The notes below the pieces were generated by a model. The model saw nothing but the letters and a program-made list of their open reading frames with translations. It was not told the DNA's origin and made no database searches. Of a DNA stretch of 26,961 nt, positions 17,995 through 26,961 are shown one piece after another. Source of the DNA: Nitrospirota bacterium. GTDB taxonomy: Bacteria > Nitrospirota > UBA9217. Location of the stretch: contig DASPSR010000025.1 in NCBI GenBank assembly GCA_035623825.1, forward strand, positions 1 to 26,961. The letters run 5' to 3'. How positions within the stretch are numbered: position 1 is the first letter of the stretch; every line of letters begins with the position of its first letter. The translations under genes and the position numbers were made by a program.

Positions 17995-20142
17995 CTACCC
18001 TGTCTTGACCCTCTTTACATCCAAAACCCCTTTAATGGCCTCAATGTTCTTGATTATCCGGTTCAGGTGATCGACATCCTTGATATCGATCGTAAAATTA
18101 AGGGTTGCCTGCTTATCCTCGCCGGTAGTTACCTCGGCGTGGGTGATGTTCGCCTCGGCAGCGCTGATGGACGAGGAAACATTTGCGAGAAGACCTGGCT
18201 TGTCCTCGGTCTGTACCGAAATTTTAACTGCATGCGCGCCGGGCTGGAAATCTCCCCATGAGACCTCCACAAGACGTTCCTTATCGAAGGTCAGCTCGCT
18301 TACATTCGGGCAATCCGCTGTATGAATGGACACGCCCCTCCCCCTCGTGATGAATCCTACTACGTTGTCGCCAGGTACGGGATTACAGCACTTGGACAGG
18401 TGGATGAGCATATTGTCCATTCCACTGATTTTCATACCGCCGCCTGATGGTTTTGCCTGCTTCTGGGGCGGTTTCTTGGGAATGGGCTCGATATGCGGCC
18501 GGTCGGGATCGATCTTGTTCGCAACCATATGCGCCGATACCTTGCCGTAACCGATGGCCGCCAGAAGGTCATCAAGCGTGTTGTGCGACATGTCATGAGC
18601 CACCTTGAGAAGGTCATCCGACTTGAAAACCTTTGAAGGATTGAGATCGTGTTTGCGGAGATCTTTTTCGAGGAGTTCCTTGCCGAGAAGGATGCTCCTG
18701 CGACGCTCTTCCGCCTTGAGCCAAGCCTTGATCCTTGTGCGGGCCTTTGACGTTTTGACGAACTTGAGCCAGTCCCGGCTCGGTGTATGGCCGGTCTGGG
18801 TGACAATTTCGACCTTGTCCCCGTTATGGAGCTGATGCTTCAGGGGCACGATCTTGCCGTTTACTTTGGCGCCAACGCACTGATGGCCGATGTCCGTATG
18901 AACGCTATAGGCGAAATCCACGGGAGTAGATCCTTGGGGAAGCTCTTTTACGTCTCCACGCGGCGTGAAGACATAGACCACGTCGGGGAACAAGTCGCCT
19001 TTTACCGTCTCCATGAACTCCTTGGCGTCCGGCAGATCGCGCTGCCATTCCAGGAGCTGCCTGAGCCAGGCGAACTGCTGTTCCTCGCGCTGACTCACAT
19101 GAGACTTTTCCTTGTACCGCCAGTGGGCTGCGATGCCCTCCTCTGCTATGCGGTGCATCTCTTCGGTACGGATCTGGAACTCCACACGCTCGCCTTTCGG
19201 GCCGATGACCGTCGTATGGAGCGACTGATAAAGGTTGGACTTGGGTACTCCTATGAAATCTTTAAATCGTCCAGGCACCGGCGTCCAGAGCGAATGGATG
19301 AGGCCGAGGATGGCGTAGCAGTTGACCTTGGTGTCGGTGATGATGCGAATCGCGATCAGATCGTAAACATCTTCAAAAGATATCCCCTGTTTTTGCATCT
19401 TCAGGTAGATGCTGTAAAAGTGCTTGGGCCGGCCCATTACTTCGCCCTTGTATCCGTGCTCGGCGAGCTGACGCTTCATGATCTCGATCAGTTCGTTGAT
19501 GTAGGACTCGCGTTCGATGCGGCGTTGTGCTACCTTCCGGGAGATGTCCTTATATGCCTCGGGGTTCAGATACATGAATGAGAGGTCCTCGAGCTCGGTC
19601 TTGATTCTGGAAATCCCGAGGCGGTTGGCGAGAGGTGCGTAGATATCCAGCGTTTCCTGGGCGATGCGCTTCTGTTTTTCCGGAGGGAGTGACTTGAGGG
19701 TGCGCATGTTGTGAAGCCGGTCAGCCAGCTTGATAAGGATGACCCTGATGTCTTTGGCCATCGCCACGATCATCTTGCGAAAATTCTCGGCTTCCCGCTG
19801 CTCCCTGCTCTGCAGTTCCATGCGGCTTAGTTTGGTCATGCCGTCGACGAGCCTGGCGATCTCGTCACCAAACATGGTCTTGATCTCTTCCTGCGTGGCT
19901 GCGGTGTCCTCGATTGTGTCGTGGAGCAGGCCCGCGGCGACCGTGGCCGCATCAAGCTTGAGGTTCGCGAGGATAGCCGCCACTTCGATGGGATGGTTCA
20001 GGTATGATTCTCCCGAGAGTCGTGTCTGGCCCTGGTGGACCTTTGCCGAAAAAATATAGGCCCGCCGCAGCAGGTCGACATCCGCATCGGGATTGTAACC
20101 TTGAATCCGCTCAACTATGTCTTCAAGGCGAACTGTGGGCAT
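17995..20142 (-). CDS. rel: Bifunctional (p)ppGpp synthetase/hydrolase (long RSH, Rel)
   Basis: Intact HD motif LLHDTIED, KLADRLHNMRT, RFKD, YQSLHT, EFQIRT; TGS (TPVDFAY), CCNPVPGD and C-terminal ACT domains. Confidence 0.97.
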   Translation of the reverse strand: MPTVRLEDIVERIQGYNPDADVDLLRRAYIFSAKVHQGQTRLSGESYLNHPIEVAAILANLKLDAATVAAGLLHDTIEDTAATQEEIKTMFGDEIARLVDGMTKLSRMELQSREQREAENFRKMIVAMAKDIRVILIKLADRLHNMRTLKSLPPEKQKRIAQETLDIYAPLANRLGISRIKTELEDLSFMYLNPEAYKDISRKVAQRRIERESYINELIEIMKRQLAEHGYKGEVMGRPKHFYSIYLKMQKQGISFEDVYDLIAIRIITDTKVNCYAILGLIHSLWTPVPGRFKDFIGVPKSNLYQSLHTTVIGPKGERVEFQIRTEEMHRIAEEGIAAHWRYKEKSHVSQREEQQFAWLRQLLEWQRDLPDAKEFMETVKGDLFPDVVYVFTPRGDVKELPQGSTPVDFAYSVHTDIGHQCVGAKVNGKIVPLKHQLHNGDKVEIVTQTGHTPSRDWLKFVKTSKARTRIKAWLKAEERRRSILLGKELLEKDLRKHDLNPSKVFKSDDLLKVAHDMSHNTLDDLLAAIGYGKVSAHMVANKIDPDRPHIEPIPKKPPQKQAKPSGGGMKISGMDNMLIHLSKCCNPVPGDNVVGFITRGRGVSIHTADCPNVSELTFDKERLVEVSWGDFQPGAHAVKISVQTEDKPGLLANVSSSISAAEANITHAEVTTGEDKQATLNFTIDIKDVDHLNRIIKNIEAIKGVLDVKRVKTG

Positions 20143-20254
20143 ACGAGGTTCATGCTCCTAATGGATCAGCACCAGCGAGATATAGAAGCTTTCAAGCCGC
20201 AAGCTCGGTTGATATTTCAATGTGATCGGGTGTTCGATATCCGTGGTTCTTCCC

Positions 20255-22051
20255 TTATCTCTCCGTCTTCAAATCCCGTATCTCCAGCTCGACGGCCGTC
20301 TTCCCGTTCCAGGCATTGATGCGCGGCGTAAATACCGCTGCCAGCCGTGCACCGTCCTTTACTTGCTTTCCGAGCAGGGTCCCCCTGTTGAACGCGATTG
20401 CGTCGAGAGCTGTACCGTCCCTCTGCCTGAGCCGGAGCTTCAAATGGTTATTGCCTACGACCCTGGCTGAGACAACCTCGAGCCCGCGCGCCCCGAGCCT
20501 TGGCTCGGGATTGCCCTGGCCGAACGGCGCCAGTTTCTCGATCTGCTGCATCAGGTTCATGGTCAGGACATCGAGCGTCACTGCGCTGTCGATTGAGAGC
20601 GTACGGACGGCCCCCGCGGCTCCAAACTGCTGCTGCACGAGGCAACTCAACTTCTCACGGAACCGAGGGATGTTTTCTTCCGCAATGGTGAAACCGGCCG
20701 CATAGGTATGGCCACCAAAACCCATGAGCAGGTCTGCGCACTCAACAAGACCGTGGTAAAGATCGAATCCAGGAATGCTCCTGGCCGAGCCCTTGCCCAC
20801 GCCGTCTTTCAAGGAGATCAGCGCCGTTGGTCGGTAGAACTCATCCACGATCCTCGACGCAACGATGCCAATGACGCCGGGATGCCATTCAGCGGACGAC
20901 AGGACAAGCGCCCCCGCGGCCGACCTGTCCGTCTGCATACAGAGCCGACGCGCCTCTCCCCAAATGGCCTCTTCGACGTACTGGCGTTCCCTGTTCACGG
21001 CATCGAGTGCTGAGGCCAGTTTCCCGGCCTCTTCAGGCGAAGAGGTGGTAAGCAACCGGAATGCCGTGTCCGCTGACTCCAGTCTCCCGCTTGCGTTGAT
21101 CCTCGGAGCGATCGTAAAGCCGATGGCTCCTACCCCGATCGCTTTGCCGTCCAGGCCTGAGACCTTCATCAGTGCCGCTATTCCCGGCCTTTGAGGGCCT
21201 GTATCGGATGAAAGCAGCTGCAAGCCGTGCTTCACGAGGATCCTGTTCTCCCCCGTGACTCTGCCGACATCAGCGAGCGTGCCAAGGGTCACTAGGTCGA
21301 GGTAGCGCAGAAGGTGCCCGTCTTCGGCATGCAATTCCATGAGCGCCTGCGCCAGCTTGAATACAACTCCCACGCCGGTGAGGACGCCCACCGCACTGCG
21401 CAAAGATGACGGCGTTTCTGGCGATATGAGCTCCGGATGGAGAATCGCTGAAGCATCGGGCAAGACAAATCCGCATCCCGCATCCCGAATTCCACATTTG
21501 GCAGCGGCCTCGTTTTCTTTCGGCTCGAGAAGCTCTGATTTTGGATCAATAAGCTCATGGTGATCGGTGATGATGAGATCCAGCCCGAGGGAGCGGGCCA
21601 GTTCCGCTTGCCGGGTGTTGCTGATGCCGCAGTCTACTGTGATGACAAGGCCCGCCCCTGCTTCCTTTATCTTCTGAAGGGCATGAGCATTAAGCCCGTA
21701 GCCCTCGGTAATACGGTCCGGGATATAACAGCCGACATCGGCGCCCATGTCCTTGAGCGTCAGATAGAGGAGCGAAGCGCCAGTCACGCCATCGACATCA
21801 TAGTCTCCGAAGATAATGATTCTTGAACGGTTGGCGATGGCTGCCCGGATGCGGCTGACAGCCTTACCCATCTGGGTGAAGAGAGCAGGATCGGACAATG
21901 CCGCCAAGTCACAAGCGAGAAAGGTCTGTGCGGCCGCCGGGTCCGTGATGCTCCTGTTAGCCAGCAGCCTGGCAATCAGGGGGTGCAGGCCTGTCTGCTC
22001 CGAGAGCAGAGTTACGTCTCTGTCATCAGATTCTGCGAGTACCCACTTCAT
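20255..22051 (-). CDS. recJ: ssDNA-specific exonuclease RecJ
   Basis: GDYDVDG, EGYGL, TVDCG, TDHH, GTLADV, APRINASGR, GSARS, GGHxxAAG, PFGQGNPEP. Confidence 0.97.
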   Translation of the reverse strand: MKWVLAESDDRDVTLLSEQTGLHPLIARLLANRSITDPAAAQTFLACDLAALSDPALFTQMGKAVSRIRAAIANRSRIIIFGDYDVDGVTGASLLYLTLKDMGADVGCYIPDRITEGYGLNAHALQKIKEAGAGLVITVDCGISNTRQAELARSLGLDLIITDHHELIDPKSELLEPKENEAAAKCGIRDAGCGFVLPDASAILHPELISPETPSSLRSAVGVLTGVGVVFKLAQALMELHAEDGHLLRYLDLVTLGTLADVGRVTGENRILVKHGLQLLSSDTGPQRPGIAALMKVSGLDGKAIGVGAIGFTIAPRINASGRLESADTAFRLLTTSSPEEAGKLASALDAVNRERQYVEEAIWGEARRLCMQTDRSAAGALVLSSAEWHPGVIGIVASRIVDEFYRPTALISLKDGVGKGSARSIPGFDLYHGLVECADLLMGFGGHTYAAGFTIAEENIPRFREKLSCLVQQQFGAAGAVRTLSIDSAVTLDVLTMNLMQQIEKLAPFGQGNPEPRLGARGLEVVSARVVGNNHLKLRLRQRDGTALDAIAFNRGTLLGKQVKDGARLAAVFTPRINAWNGKTAVELEIRDLKTER

Positions 22052-22057
22052 ATCTTC

Positions 22058-22258
22058 TTACCGGCCCGCCGAAATCAGGCCTTGCCTTCTTGCCTCTCTG
22101 ACTCCCCCTCGGGCTCTCGATAGGATCAGAGACTGCTTTTTTGAACCCCTTATTGGCCTTACCTTACCTCTCTCCCGCTGGCTAAACCGGTTTGCATCGA
22201 GAATCACAAGTACAATGATCAAGATGACAATCAGTTCCGGCATTCCAAGTCCGAATAT
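22058..22258 (-). pseudogene. tatA: Degenerate tatA
   Basis: (ATA)FGLGMPELIVILIIVLVI. The start ATG appears as ATA at 22258, the hinge FG appears as LD, and the amphipathic helix GKAxKGFKKAVSDP survives only in a shifted frame. Confidence 0.75.
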
Positions 22259-22821
22259 GTTGCCTTCTTGTATTCCAACGGGGTATTCAGATTAATAAAC
22301 GACCGCCTTTCCCGATCGTAGCGGTCGATTTCTTCTTCCGATACGTATCGCACGCGTGATTCGCTGAATATCCCCTTTATCTGCCTGGCATTCCGTTGGA
22401 TGCGACTCTCGATAAGTGGAACCAGTCCTCTATGGTACACTGCGTGGAGGGGTTCCGTCAGTTCCCCGATGCGCGGCAACACTATGTCATATCCAGCTGC
22501 CAGTCCCATCATGTATGATATGAGACCTGCGTTCAAAAAGGGCATATCGCACGCTACGACAAAGTTGTACTCGTCCGATGTGTTCAGGAGTCCCGAGTAT
22601 ATTCCCGTGAGCGGGCACCGTTTATCGAAAGCATCCGTTACGACCTTGACGTCGTACCTGGTGTACAGGTGCGGAGCGTTCGTTACGATGACGATATTGT
22701 CGAAAATGCCCTTGAGCACCCTAAGAACATGCTCGACAATGGGGATGCCATCAACCTTGAGAAAGGCCTTATCGACGCCCATGCGCCTGTTTTCGCCACC
22801 TGAAAGGACTATTCCAGTCAT
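22231..22821 (-). CDS. mobA: Molybdenum cofactor guanylyltransferase
   Basis: VLSGGENRRMGVDKA, PLTGIYSGL, VACDMPF, EPLHAVY, SFINLNTP. Confidence 0.93.
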   Translation of the reverse strand: MTGIVLSGGENRRMGVDKAFLKVDGIPIVEHVLRVLKGIFDNIVIVTNAPHLYTRYDVKVVTDAFDKRCPLTGIYSGLLNTSDEYNFVVACDMPFLNAGLISYMMGLAAGYDIVLPRIGELTEPLHAVYHRGLVPLIESRIQRNARQIKGIFSESRVRYVSEEEIDRYDRERRSFINLNTPLEYKKATYSDLECRN

Positions 22822-22982
22822 GTTTAAAATTACAGCATTTACGGTTGAGTGTCAACTGGGAACTTGCCGCTTTTGACAACGACTGGATTTTTCCCGGTAA
22901 GTAAAGAGAATGGGGAGAGCAGTAGCCATCGCGCTGACGGTCTACGGGATCTTCCCGTTTTTGGTGGGCGCCTAGCCTGTCC

Positions 22983-23432
22983 TCATGGTTCCTTCGAAGC
23001 GGTCCAATCGAGACGCTCCTTGATGGCCTTCATGAATCCGCGGGTCACTTCCCCTAACTTTTCGGCGACGACCATGTCCTGAAGAAAAGTAAAATGGCCG
23101 GTCACGTGCCCTTCGATATGGTAGGTGATCTCCGTCTCCTCTTCGGAAATTTTCCGGAAGGTTATGATCCCCGAGGTGAGAAGGTGCTCGTGTGTCGCTG
23201 TCCATGCTATGCGCTCATGGTGGATCATTTCCGTCGTGTGTGCAAACATCTCGATCGTCTTGCTGAAGGGTCCGAGCGACATCTTTATCTTCCATAATGA
23301 ATCCAGATCGTTCAGTATCGTTACACCCTTGCATCCCGGAAACAGACAGCCAACCTCCTTCCGGTCAATCATGAAGGACCAGACATGCCTTATTGGCAGC
23401 TTCACGGTGAACGTAACTTCTCTCTTCGGCAT
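22983..23432 (-). CDS. SRPBCC/CoxG-like (START-fold) protein
   Basis: VWSFMID...GCLFPGC..V pattern typical of CoxG-like proteins; SD GAGGA. Confidence 0.8.
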   Translation of the reverse strand: MPKREVTFTVKLPIRHVWSFMIDRKEVGCLFPGCKGVTILNDLDSLWKIKMSLGPFSKTIEMFAHTTEMIHHERIAWTATHEHLLTSGIITFRKISEEETEITYHIEGHVTGHFTFLQDMVVAEKLGEVTRGFMKAIKERLDWTASKEP

Positions 23433-23653
23433 CTTTCTTTCCTCTCGCCATCTTACGTCAGGGTTTCACACGACTCAAAGCCTTCAAATAACCGTGTATC
23501 GGCCAAACGGTAATAGTAGAATGTCGGATGGTTTCCTGTCCCGGCTTTAACCGCCGACAGCCGGGTTTCTGTCATTTCATATCCTTGACTTTTTATTATA
23601 TCACAGTGCTATGTTGGCCTTGCATTTTCCGATAGGGTATTGTATAAGTTCCC

Positions 23654-24541
23654 ATGCGCATGCCGCTCAAACCGGTCGACGTGCTCTCCCTCTCCGTTAT
23701 CACCATGCTATCGGCGGTCGCAGTCGCATTCAGCCGGTCTCTTCACGCCTGGGAATGGATTATCTTCCGGTATTTCCTTCTCGCGTTCGCAATCGTTTCT
23801 GTCGCCCTGAACGCCCGTAGCGCTCACACCTTGAAACCTGTGCGCATCCTCCACGCCTTTCTCCCCATACTCATTATCCCGGTCATCTTTGACAGCCTTG
23901 GGGACCTGATCCCCTATATATGGTCCCGGTACCTCGACGATCTCCTGATCAGCATTGACTACAGGCTGTTCGGCGTTCACCCGACGGTATGGATGGAGAG
24001 GTTCATCCATCCAGCGCTCACCGATATCCTCCAGATCGCCTACAGCAGCTATTATTTTATCCCGATCTCCCTTGGCATCCTACTGTATGCCAGGGGCAAA
24101 CAGAAGAATTTCGACGAGGCTGTTTTCGGCATCGTCCTCTGTTTCTATCTTTCCTACATCGGTTATCTGCTCTTCCCGGCCATTGGCCCCCGTTTTACGC
24201 TCGACCATTTGCAGACGATGGATTTTCGGGAAAGCCAGACGGCACTGGCGATCCAGAACATTTTAAACCGGCTGGAAAATACGAAGACGGATGCCTTCCC
24301 GAGCGGCCATACCGCCGTTGCGCTAATGACCCTGTATCACGCCTGGAAAAGCAGGGAAAAGGCCCTGTTCCGTATATTGCTCCCCCTTGTCTCCGCACTG
24401 GTGATCTCAACCGTATACCTGAGGTATCACTATGTCATCGATGTTGCAGCAGGTATTCTGCTCACCGCGGTAGCTATTTACCTCGCGCCACGCCTGTATA
24501 AACTCCTCCTCTCGTCATCAACCGGACAGCCTCAAGGCTAA
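23654..24541 (+). CDS. PAP2-superfamily membrane protein, Aur1/IPC-synthase-like (PAP2_3)
   Basis: About 8 TM helices; YSSYY, YLLFPAIGPR, DAFPSGH (C2), STVYLRYHYVID (C3); no obvious C1 KxxxxxxRP motif. Confidence 0.85.
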   Translation: MRMPLKPVDVLSLSVITMLSAVAVAFSRSLHAWEWIIFRYFLLAFAIVSVALNARSAHTLKPVRILHAFLPILIIPVIFDSLGDLIPYIWSRYLDDLLISIDYRLFGVHPTVWMERFIHPALTDILQIAYSSYYFIPISLGILLYARGKQKNFDEAVFGIVLCFYLSYIGYLLFPAIGPRFTLDHLQTMDFRESQTALAIQNILNRLENTKTDAFPSGHTAVALMTLYHAWKSREKALFRILLPLVSALVISTVYLRYHYVIDVAAGILLTAVAIYLAPRLYKLLLSSSTGQPQG

Positions 24542-25102
24542 CTCCATGATCCCTCCTGCCACGAGTGGGATCGCCAGGTTGTCGTTCACGGGGAGCGGGA
24601 GAAGTTCGACCCCGGCCGCAGCCAGGGCACCGAGGACCATCACGCCGGTCATAATTCGCACCCCGATTGCCGACAGGATCATTCCCGACAGCAGCGCAGC
24701 TGCAATGAAGGCAACTGCGCCTTCGAGGCTTTTTTGCCCTATCTTGGTTCTCCCGTAGCGCTCGCCGACCATAGTGGCCGCGACGTCACCGAAGGCAAGA
24801 AAACAGATAGCCGCAGTTGCAACCTCGGGCGAATAAACGTACAGTGAAAGCCCGACGCCGAGGACATATGATGTGGTCCCTGTTGGTTTATACCGTTCAT
24901 TCTCCCGGATAAAACTTGCGAGCTTGCAGAAGATGAATCGGTTGAAGGCCGGCAACTTGAATCTTGCAATCTCAAATATCAGGATAATGAGAAAAAATAC
25001 CGCGTAGAAGATGAGAGCACTCTCTCTTCCCATGAGGTAGTACAGCGAAAGGAGCCCTATGCCGCCGATGAGATGGTACAATTTCCGTCCGATATTTTTC
25101 AT
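24518..25102 (-). CDS. CTP-dependent lipid kinase-like membrane protein (dolichol/phytol kinase, Dgk1-like); start could be 25120
   Basis: RKLYH, FGDVAATMVGERYGRTK, KSLEG, DNLAIP motifs. The ORF-track extension to 25432 overlaps the next gene and is not credible. Confidence 0.85.
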   Translation of the reverse strand: MKNIGRKLYHLIGGIGLLSLYYLMGRESALIFYAVFFLIILIFEIARFKLPAFNRFIFCKLASFIRENERYKPTGTTSYVLGVGLSLYVYSPEVATAAICFLAFGDVAATMVGERYGRTKIGQKSLEGAVAFIAAALLSGMILSAIGVRIMTGVMVLGALAAAGVELLPLPVNDNLAIPLVAGGIMELALRLSG

Positions 25103-25235
25103 GTCAGGAGGACCCGGCATCAAAGACCAAATCCGAAATGGAATTCGACCACGAAACCGACTATCATCTGATTTTCTACTGGAATGTTTGAGTTTGGATG
25201 TTACGGGGAATTTGAAAAATAATTCTTGTGTTTTC

Positions 25236-26348
25236 TTAAAGCTTCTTCTCGTAAATTCGATACTTCTTGTACAGCTTCCCGCCCATGAGTTCACAACCCT
25301 TCTGCACGAGAACGTTGTCTTCGAGGATCCAGGACATTTCAGACCGCACATATCCTTTGCGTTGAGCTGCCCTGAAAGACTCAAGGTAAAGAAGTCCCTC
25401 GATGCCCTTTCTGCGGTACTCTTCCTTGACACCCATTATTATGACGCGAATGTCGGTAATCTTCCGTGAGTACCACAGGAATTTGATGATTTCAGGAAGG
25501 CCGAGCTTGCCGTTCAATCTCATGAGCACCTGGTTGTAGTCAGGCACAGTCAGCATGAATCCTGCCGACTTGCCATCAACCTCGGCCATGACAGCCAGTT
25601 CCGGCACGATGAGAGGCTTTAGCCGCTTAGCCATGGAATCAATCTCATCATCCGTCATGGGCACAAAGCCCCAATTCCTGCTCCACGCAGAGTTGTAAAT
25701 ATCCTTGACCGCCGCAAGCTCCTTGTTGAAATTTTTCATATTCATCGGCCGTATTGCAAGTCCGGGCAACCTATCCCTCATTTTGGACGATAGCTTTGCG
25801 AGTCTATCGCCGGCAGCCACCTCATTTATGATCGTCAGATAAGCATAGAGGTCCTTTGCTTTCGACAGGCCGCACTTTTCCATGTAGTCGATGTAGTACG
25901 GCGGGGTGTAGGTCATCATGATCATGGGGGGAGAGTCGAAGCCCTGGACAAGGAAGCCGCACTCGTCGTTTGTCGACGGATTCATGGGTCCGCGCATGAT
26001 CTCGATGTCCCGCTCCTTGAGCCACTTCCCTGCCGAAGCGAGGAGTTCTCGGGCGATGTCCGGGTCGGGCAGGCATTCGAAAAAACCGAAGAATCCGGCC
26101 TGCTCGTTATGGATGTTGATATGGTTGCGGTCGATGATCGCGGCTACCCTTCCGACGACCTCTCCGTCTTTGCGGGCGAGGAAGTACGCAGCTTCAGCGT
26201 GACGAAAGAAAGGGTTTTTGTCGCTTAGAATGAACTTCACCTCGCTGACGAGCGGCGGGACCCAGCTCGGGTTGCTTTTGTACACTTTCCAGGGGAAACG
26301 GATGAACTGATCGATCCCCTGTCTTTCTGAAACCTGTACGATTTCCAT
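25236..26348 (-). CDS. Tandem-GNAT acyltransferase, bacterial ceramide synthase (bCerS/YghO)-like
   Basis: FIRFPWKVY..WVPPL, NPFF, VVGRVAA, GFFGFFEC, RGPMN, ECGFLVQGF, PPYY, AWSRNWGFVP, EMSWILEDN; directly downstream of the SPT-like gene. Confidence 0.8.
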   Translation of the reverse strand: MEIVQVSERQGIDQFIRFPWKVYKSNPSWVPPLVSEVKFILSDKNPFFRHAEAAYFLARKDGEVVGRVAAIIDRNHINIHNEQAGFFGFFECLPDPDIARELLASAGKWLKERDIEIMRGPMNPSTNDECGFLVQGFDSPPMIMMTYTPPYYIDYMEKCGLSKAKDLYAYLTIINEVAAGDRLAKLSSKMRDRLPGLAIRPMNMKNFNKELAAVKDIYNSAWSRNWGFVPMTDDEIDSMAKRLKPLIVPELAVMAEVDGKSAGFMLTVPDYNQVLMRLNGKLGLPEIIKFLWYSRKITDIRVIIMGVKEEYRRKGIEGLLYLESFRAAQRKGYVRSEMSWILEDNVLVQKGCELMGGKLYKKYRIYEKKL

Positions 26349-26368
26349 GTCAATCCATTTCGACAGAA

Positions 26369-26961
26369 TTATGAGATGACGCCCAGTTTCTTACCGGCTT
26401 TCTCCAGGATCACCAGCACGCGGTCAAGCATCTCCTCCGTGTGCGTCGCCATATAGCTCGTGCGTATCAGGCATCGGCCCGGAGTCGTTGCCGGGGGGAC
26501 CACCGGGTTCACAAATACGCCTTCCTCGTTTAAAATCTTCCACATCGTGAATGCCCGCTCCATCTCTCCCATGAGCAGCGGGATGATGGGTGTCTGGGCG
26601 ACCCCGGTGTCGTATCCCATTTGTTTGAACGCCTTCATCATCTTGTTCGTGTTTGCCCAAAGACGTTCCCTCCGCTCGGGCTCCTGATCGATGATGTCAA
26701 GTGCTGCGATAACCGAGGCCACCGATGCCGGCGGCGGGCTGGCGGAAAACATCAGGGGCCGGGATGTATGTTTCATATAGTGGATGATGCTCTCATTGGC
26801 AGCGACGAATCCGCCGATGGAGGCCATAGATTTGCTGTAGGTGCCCATAATGATGTCCACTTCCTGTTCGAGTCCGAAATGCTCTGCAGTGCCGCGGCCG
26901 GTCTTGCCCAGGACTCCGATGCCGTGAGCGTCATCCACCATGATCCTGGCATCGTATTTTT
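26369..26961 (-). CDS. spt: PLP-dependent alpha-oxoamine synthase, probably serine palmitoyltransferase (partial, 5' end outside window)
   Basis: VDDAHGIG, GTYSKS (PLP lysine), RPLMFSASPPPA, IRTSYMATHT. FSAS fits SPT better than BioF (YST) or Kbl (FSN), and gene context agrees. Confidence 0.75.
   Translation of the reverse strand, partial: KYDARIMVDDAHGIGVLGKTGRGTAEHFGLEQEVDIIMGTYSKSMASIGGFVAANESIIHYMKHTSRPLMFSASPPPASVASVIAALDIIDQEPERRERLWANTNKMMKAFKQMGYDTGVAQTPIIPLLMGEMERAFTMWKILNEEGVFVNPVVPPATTPGRCLIRTSYMATHTEEMLDRVLVILEKAGKKLGVIS

Noticed and set aside
25103-25432. N-terminal extension of the 304-aa ORF
   Set aside because: It overlaps the GNAT gene out of frame and crosses a repeat-like spacer; recognisable motifs start near MKNIGRKLYH.
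1-26961. CRISPR array, tRNA, integrase/transposase or defence genes
   Set aside because: None recognisable by eye in the sequence or the ORF track.

Overview
Bacterial chromosomal window with no recognisable prophage, IS element, CRISPR array, tRNA or rRNA. Gene style suggests a Nitrospirota/Desulfobacterota-like anaerobe (inference only). Left ~12 kb, accessory and partly decayed: a large minus-strand lipoprotein with Calx-beta repeats that the ORF track misses (<1..1896); several gene remnants; a clear GEMM-I (c-di-GMP-I family) riboswitch; a second riboswitch-like leader on a CBS-pair gene; tandem lipoprotein paralogs; clpS; an NmrA-like gene; three PilZ-domain genes. Middle, mostly housekeeping: Smr, MltD-like, CAP, RidA, Rel, RecJ, a decayed tatA, MobA and a CoxG-like gene. 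Right end, the most interesting part: a candidate sphingolipid pathway made of an SPT-like alpha-oxoamine synthase, a bCerS-like GNAT and a CTP-dependent lipid-kinase-like membrane protein, converging on an Aur1/IPC-synthase-like PAP2 gene. All calls come from reading motifs by eye; no searches were run.
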